This document shows positions 63,313-64,000 of a stretch of DNA of 64,000 bases, piece by piece (within the stretch, counting starts at the first letter, position 1; every line of letters starts with the position of its first letter). Source of the stretch: an uncultured Bacteroidales bacterium (GTDB lineage: Bacteria > Bacteroidota > Bacteroidia > Bacteroidales > CAIWKO01); the NCBI GenBank assembly GCA_903913285.1, contig CAIWKO010000067.1, forward strand, positions 204 to 64,203. The letters run 5' to 3'. The notes under the pieces were generated by a model. It saw only the letters and a list, made by a program, of their open reading frames with translations, searched no databases and was not told where the DNA came from. The position numbers were made by a program, and so were the translations under genes.

Positions 63313-64000
63313 ATGGAACTGAATTCGTTAACCGCCGTTTCGCCTGTTGATGGACGTTATCGCAAATCAACAGAAATATTATCCGATTATTTTTCGGAAT
63401 ATGCTCTTATAAGAAAACGCCTTTTCGTAGAAACGGAATATTTTATTGAATTATGTTCTGTGATGCCTGCTCTGAAACCAATCAATCAAGAGGATATACT
63501 GAAAATACGTAACATTTTTTTCGATTTCAGCACCGACGATGCACTGCAGGTGAAGGAGATAGAATCCGTTACCAATCACGATGTAAAATCTGTTGAGTAT
63601 TTCCTGCGCATGAAATTCGATGAACTGAAACTTGGCGCTTATAAAGAATACATCCATTTCGGCCTAACTTCGCAGGATATCAACAATACTGCTATGCCCC
63701 TGTTGTTGAAAGAGGCCCAGATAAACGTGATGCTACCCATGCTCAACATGCTCACTGATAATCTGAATCTTCTTGCTCATGATTGGAAACATATTCCCAT
63801 GTTAGCCCGTACCCACGGCCAGGCTGCATCACCCACATTGTTGGGCAAGGAAATAGGAGTGTTTGCCGAACGTTTGTATACGCAGATAAAGTATTTTGAT
63901 ATGGTTCCTTTCGAAGGCAAATTTGGAGGTGCAACCGGAAATTTCAACGCTCATTTTGTAGCATTTCCATCTATCGACTGGCATGCGTTTGCTAACAAAT
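63313..64000 (+). CDS. purB: adenylosuccinate lyase (5' part; continues beyond the window)
   Basis: My own translation from ATG 63313: MELNSLTAVSPVDGRYRKSTEILSDYFSEYALIRKRLFVETEYF...VTNHDVKSVEYFL...HFGLTSQDINNTA. Open to the window end (absent from the ORF track because there is no stop). Confidence 0.88.
   Translation, partial: MELNSLTAVSPVDGRYRKSTEILSDYFSEYALIRKRLFVETEYFIELCSVMPALKPINQEDILKIRNIFFDFSTDDALQVKEIESVTNHDVKSVEYFLRMKFDELKLGAYKEYIHFGLTSQDINNTAMPLLLKEAQINVMLPMLNMLTDNLNLLAHDWKHIPMLARTHGQAASPTLLGKEIGVFAERLYTQIKYFDMVPFEGKFGGATGNFNAHFVAFPSIDWHAFANK

Noticed and set aside
1-64000. Mobile elements, prophage, tRNA or rRNA genes
   Set aside because: No transposase, integrase, recombinase or phage-like ORF is present among the translations, and none of the intergenic spacers showed a cloverleaf-like tRNA or rRNA-like sequence on inspection. 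Apart from the weak 26-bp direct repeat around the TA pair, there is no evidence for insertion boundaries.

Overview
This 64-kb chromosomal segment most likely comes from a Bacteroidota bacterium. The taxon is inferred from type IX secretion (T9SS) C-terminal sorting domains on five predicted secreted proteins, many exact TAnnTTTG -7 promoter boxes just upstream of start codons, and abundant Cys-lipobox lipoproteins. I can support about 58 protein-coding genes. I saw no rRNA, tRNA, CRISPR array, transposase or integrase. Recognisable core genes are maf plus a UbiA-type prenyltransferase, rubrerythrin, proline dehydrogenase, aroB-aroA-xdhC-xdhA-xdhB, a TonB-dependent receptor, a nitroreductase, citrate lyase (citF plus a citD-citE fusion), rarA and partial purB. 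Accessory content includes a HepT/MNT toxin-antitoxin pair and four tandemly amplified lipoprotein families (PKD x3 with one nonsense copy, CGKKGC-motif x3, Lys-rich x2, DUF5011-like x5). It also includes a 1334-aa SprB-repeat adhesin, an LtaS-like transferase coupled to a lipid kinase, and an MBOAT/AlgJ-like O-acyltransferase pair. Two things stand out. (1) An orphan carrier-protein-dependent cluster at 25.4-33.3 kb encodes a glycosyltransferase, an ABC-2 exporter, an HTH-like protein, a BtrH-like protein, a stand-alone ACP, a sulfotransferase and a PaaK/CapK-type adenylating enzyme, with a B12-radical SAM gene nearby. It has no PKS or NRPS core, and I do not recognise it as a characterised pathway. 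(2) Intergenic spacers are filled with tandem repeats phased at 7 bp and at 21 bp (3x7). Four arrays of about 0.3-0.45 kb, each built from a different 21-bp unit, lie at 18.7, 24.7, 35.0 and 52.0 kb. At least eight shorter heptamer or octamer tracts are also present. All protein calls rest on motif recognition from the supplied translations; no database search was possible.
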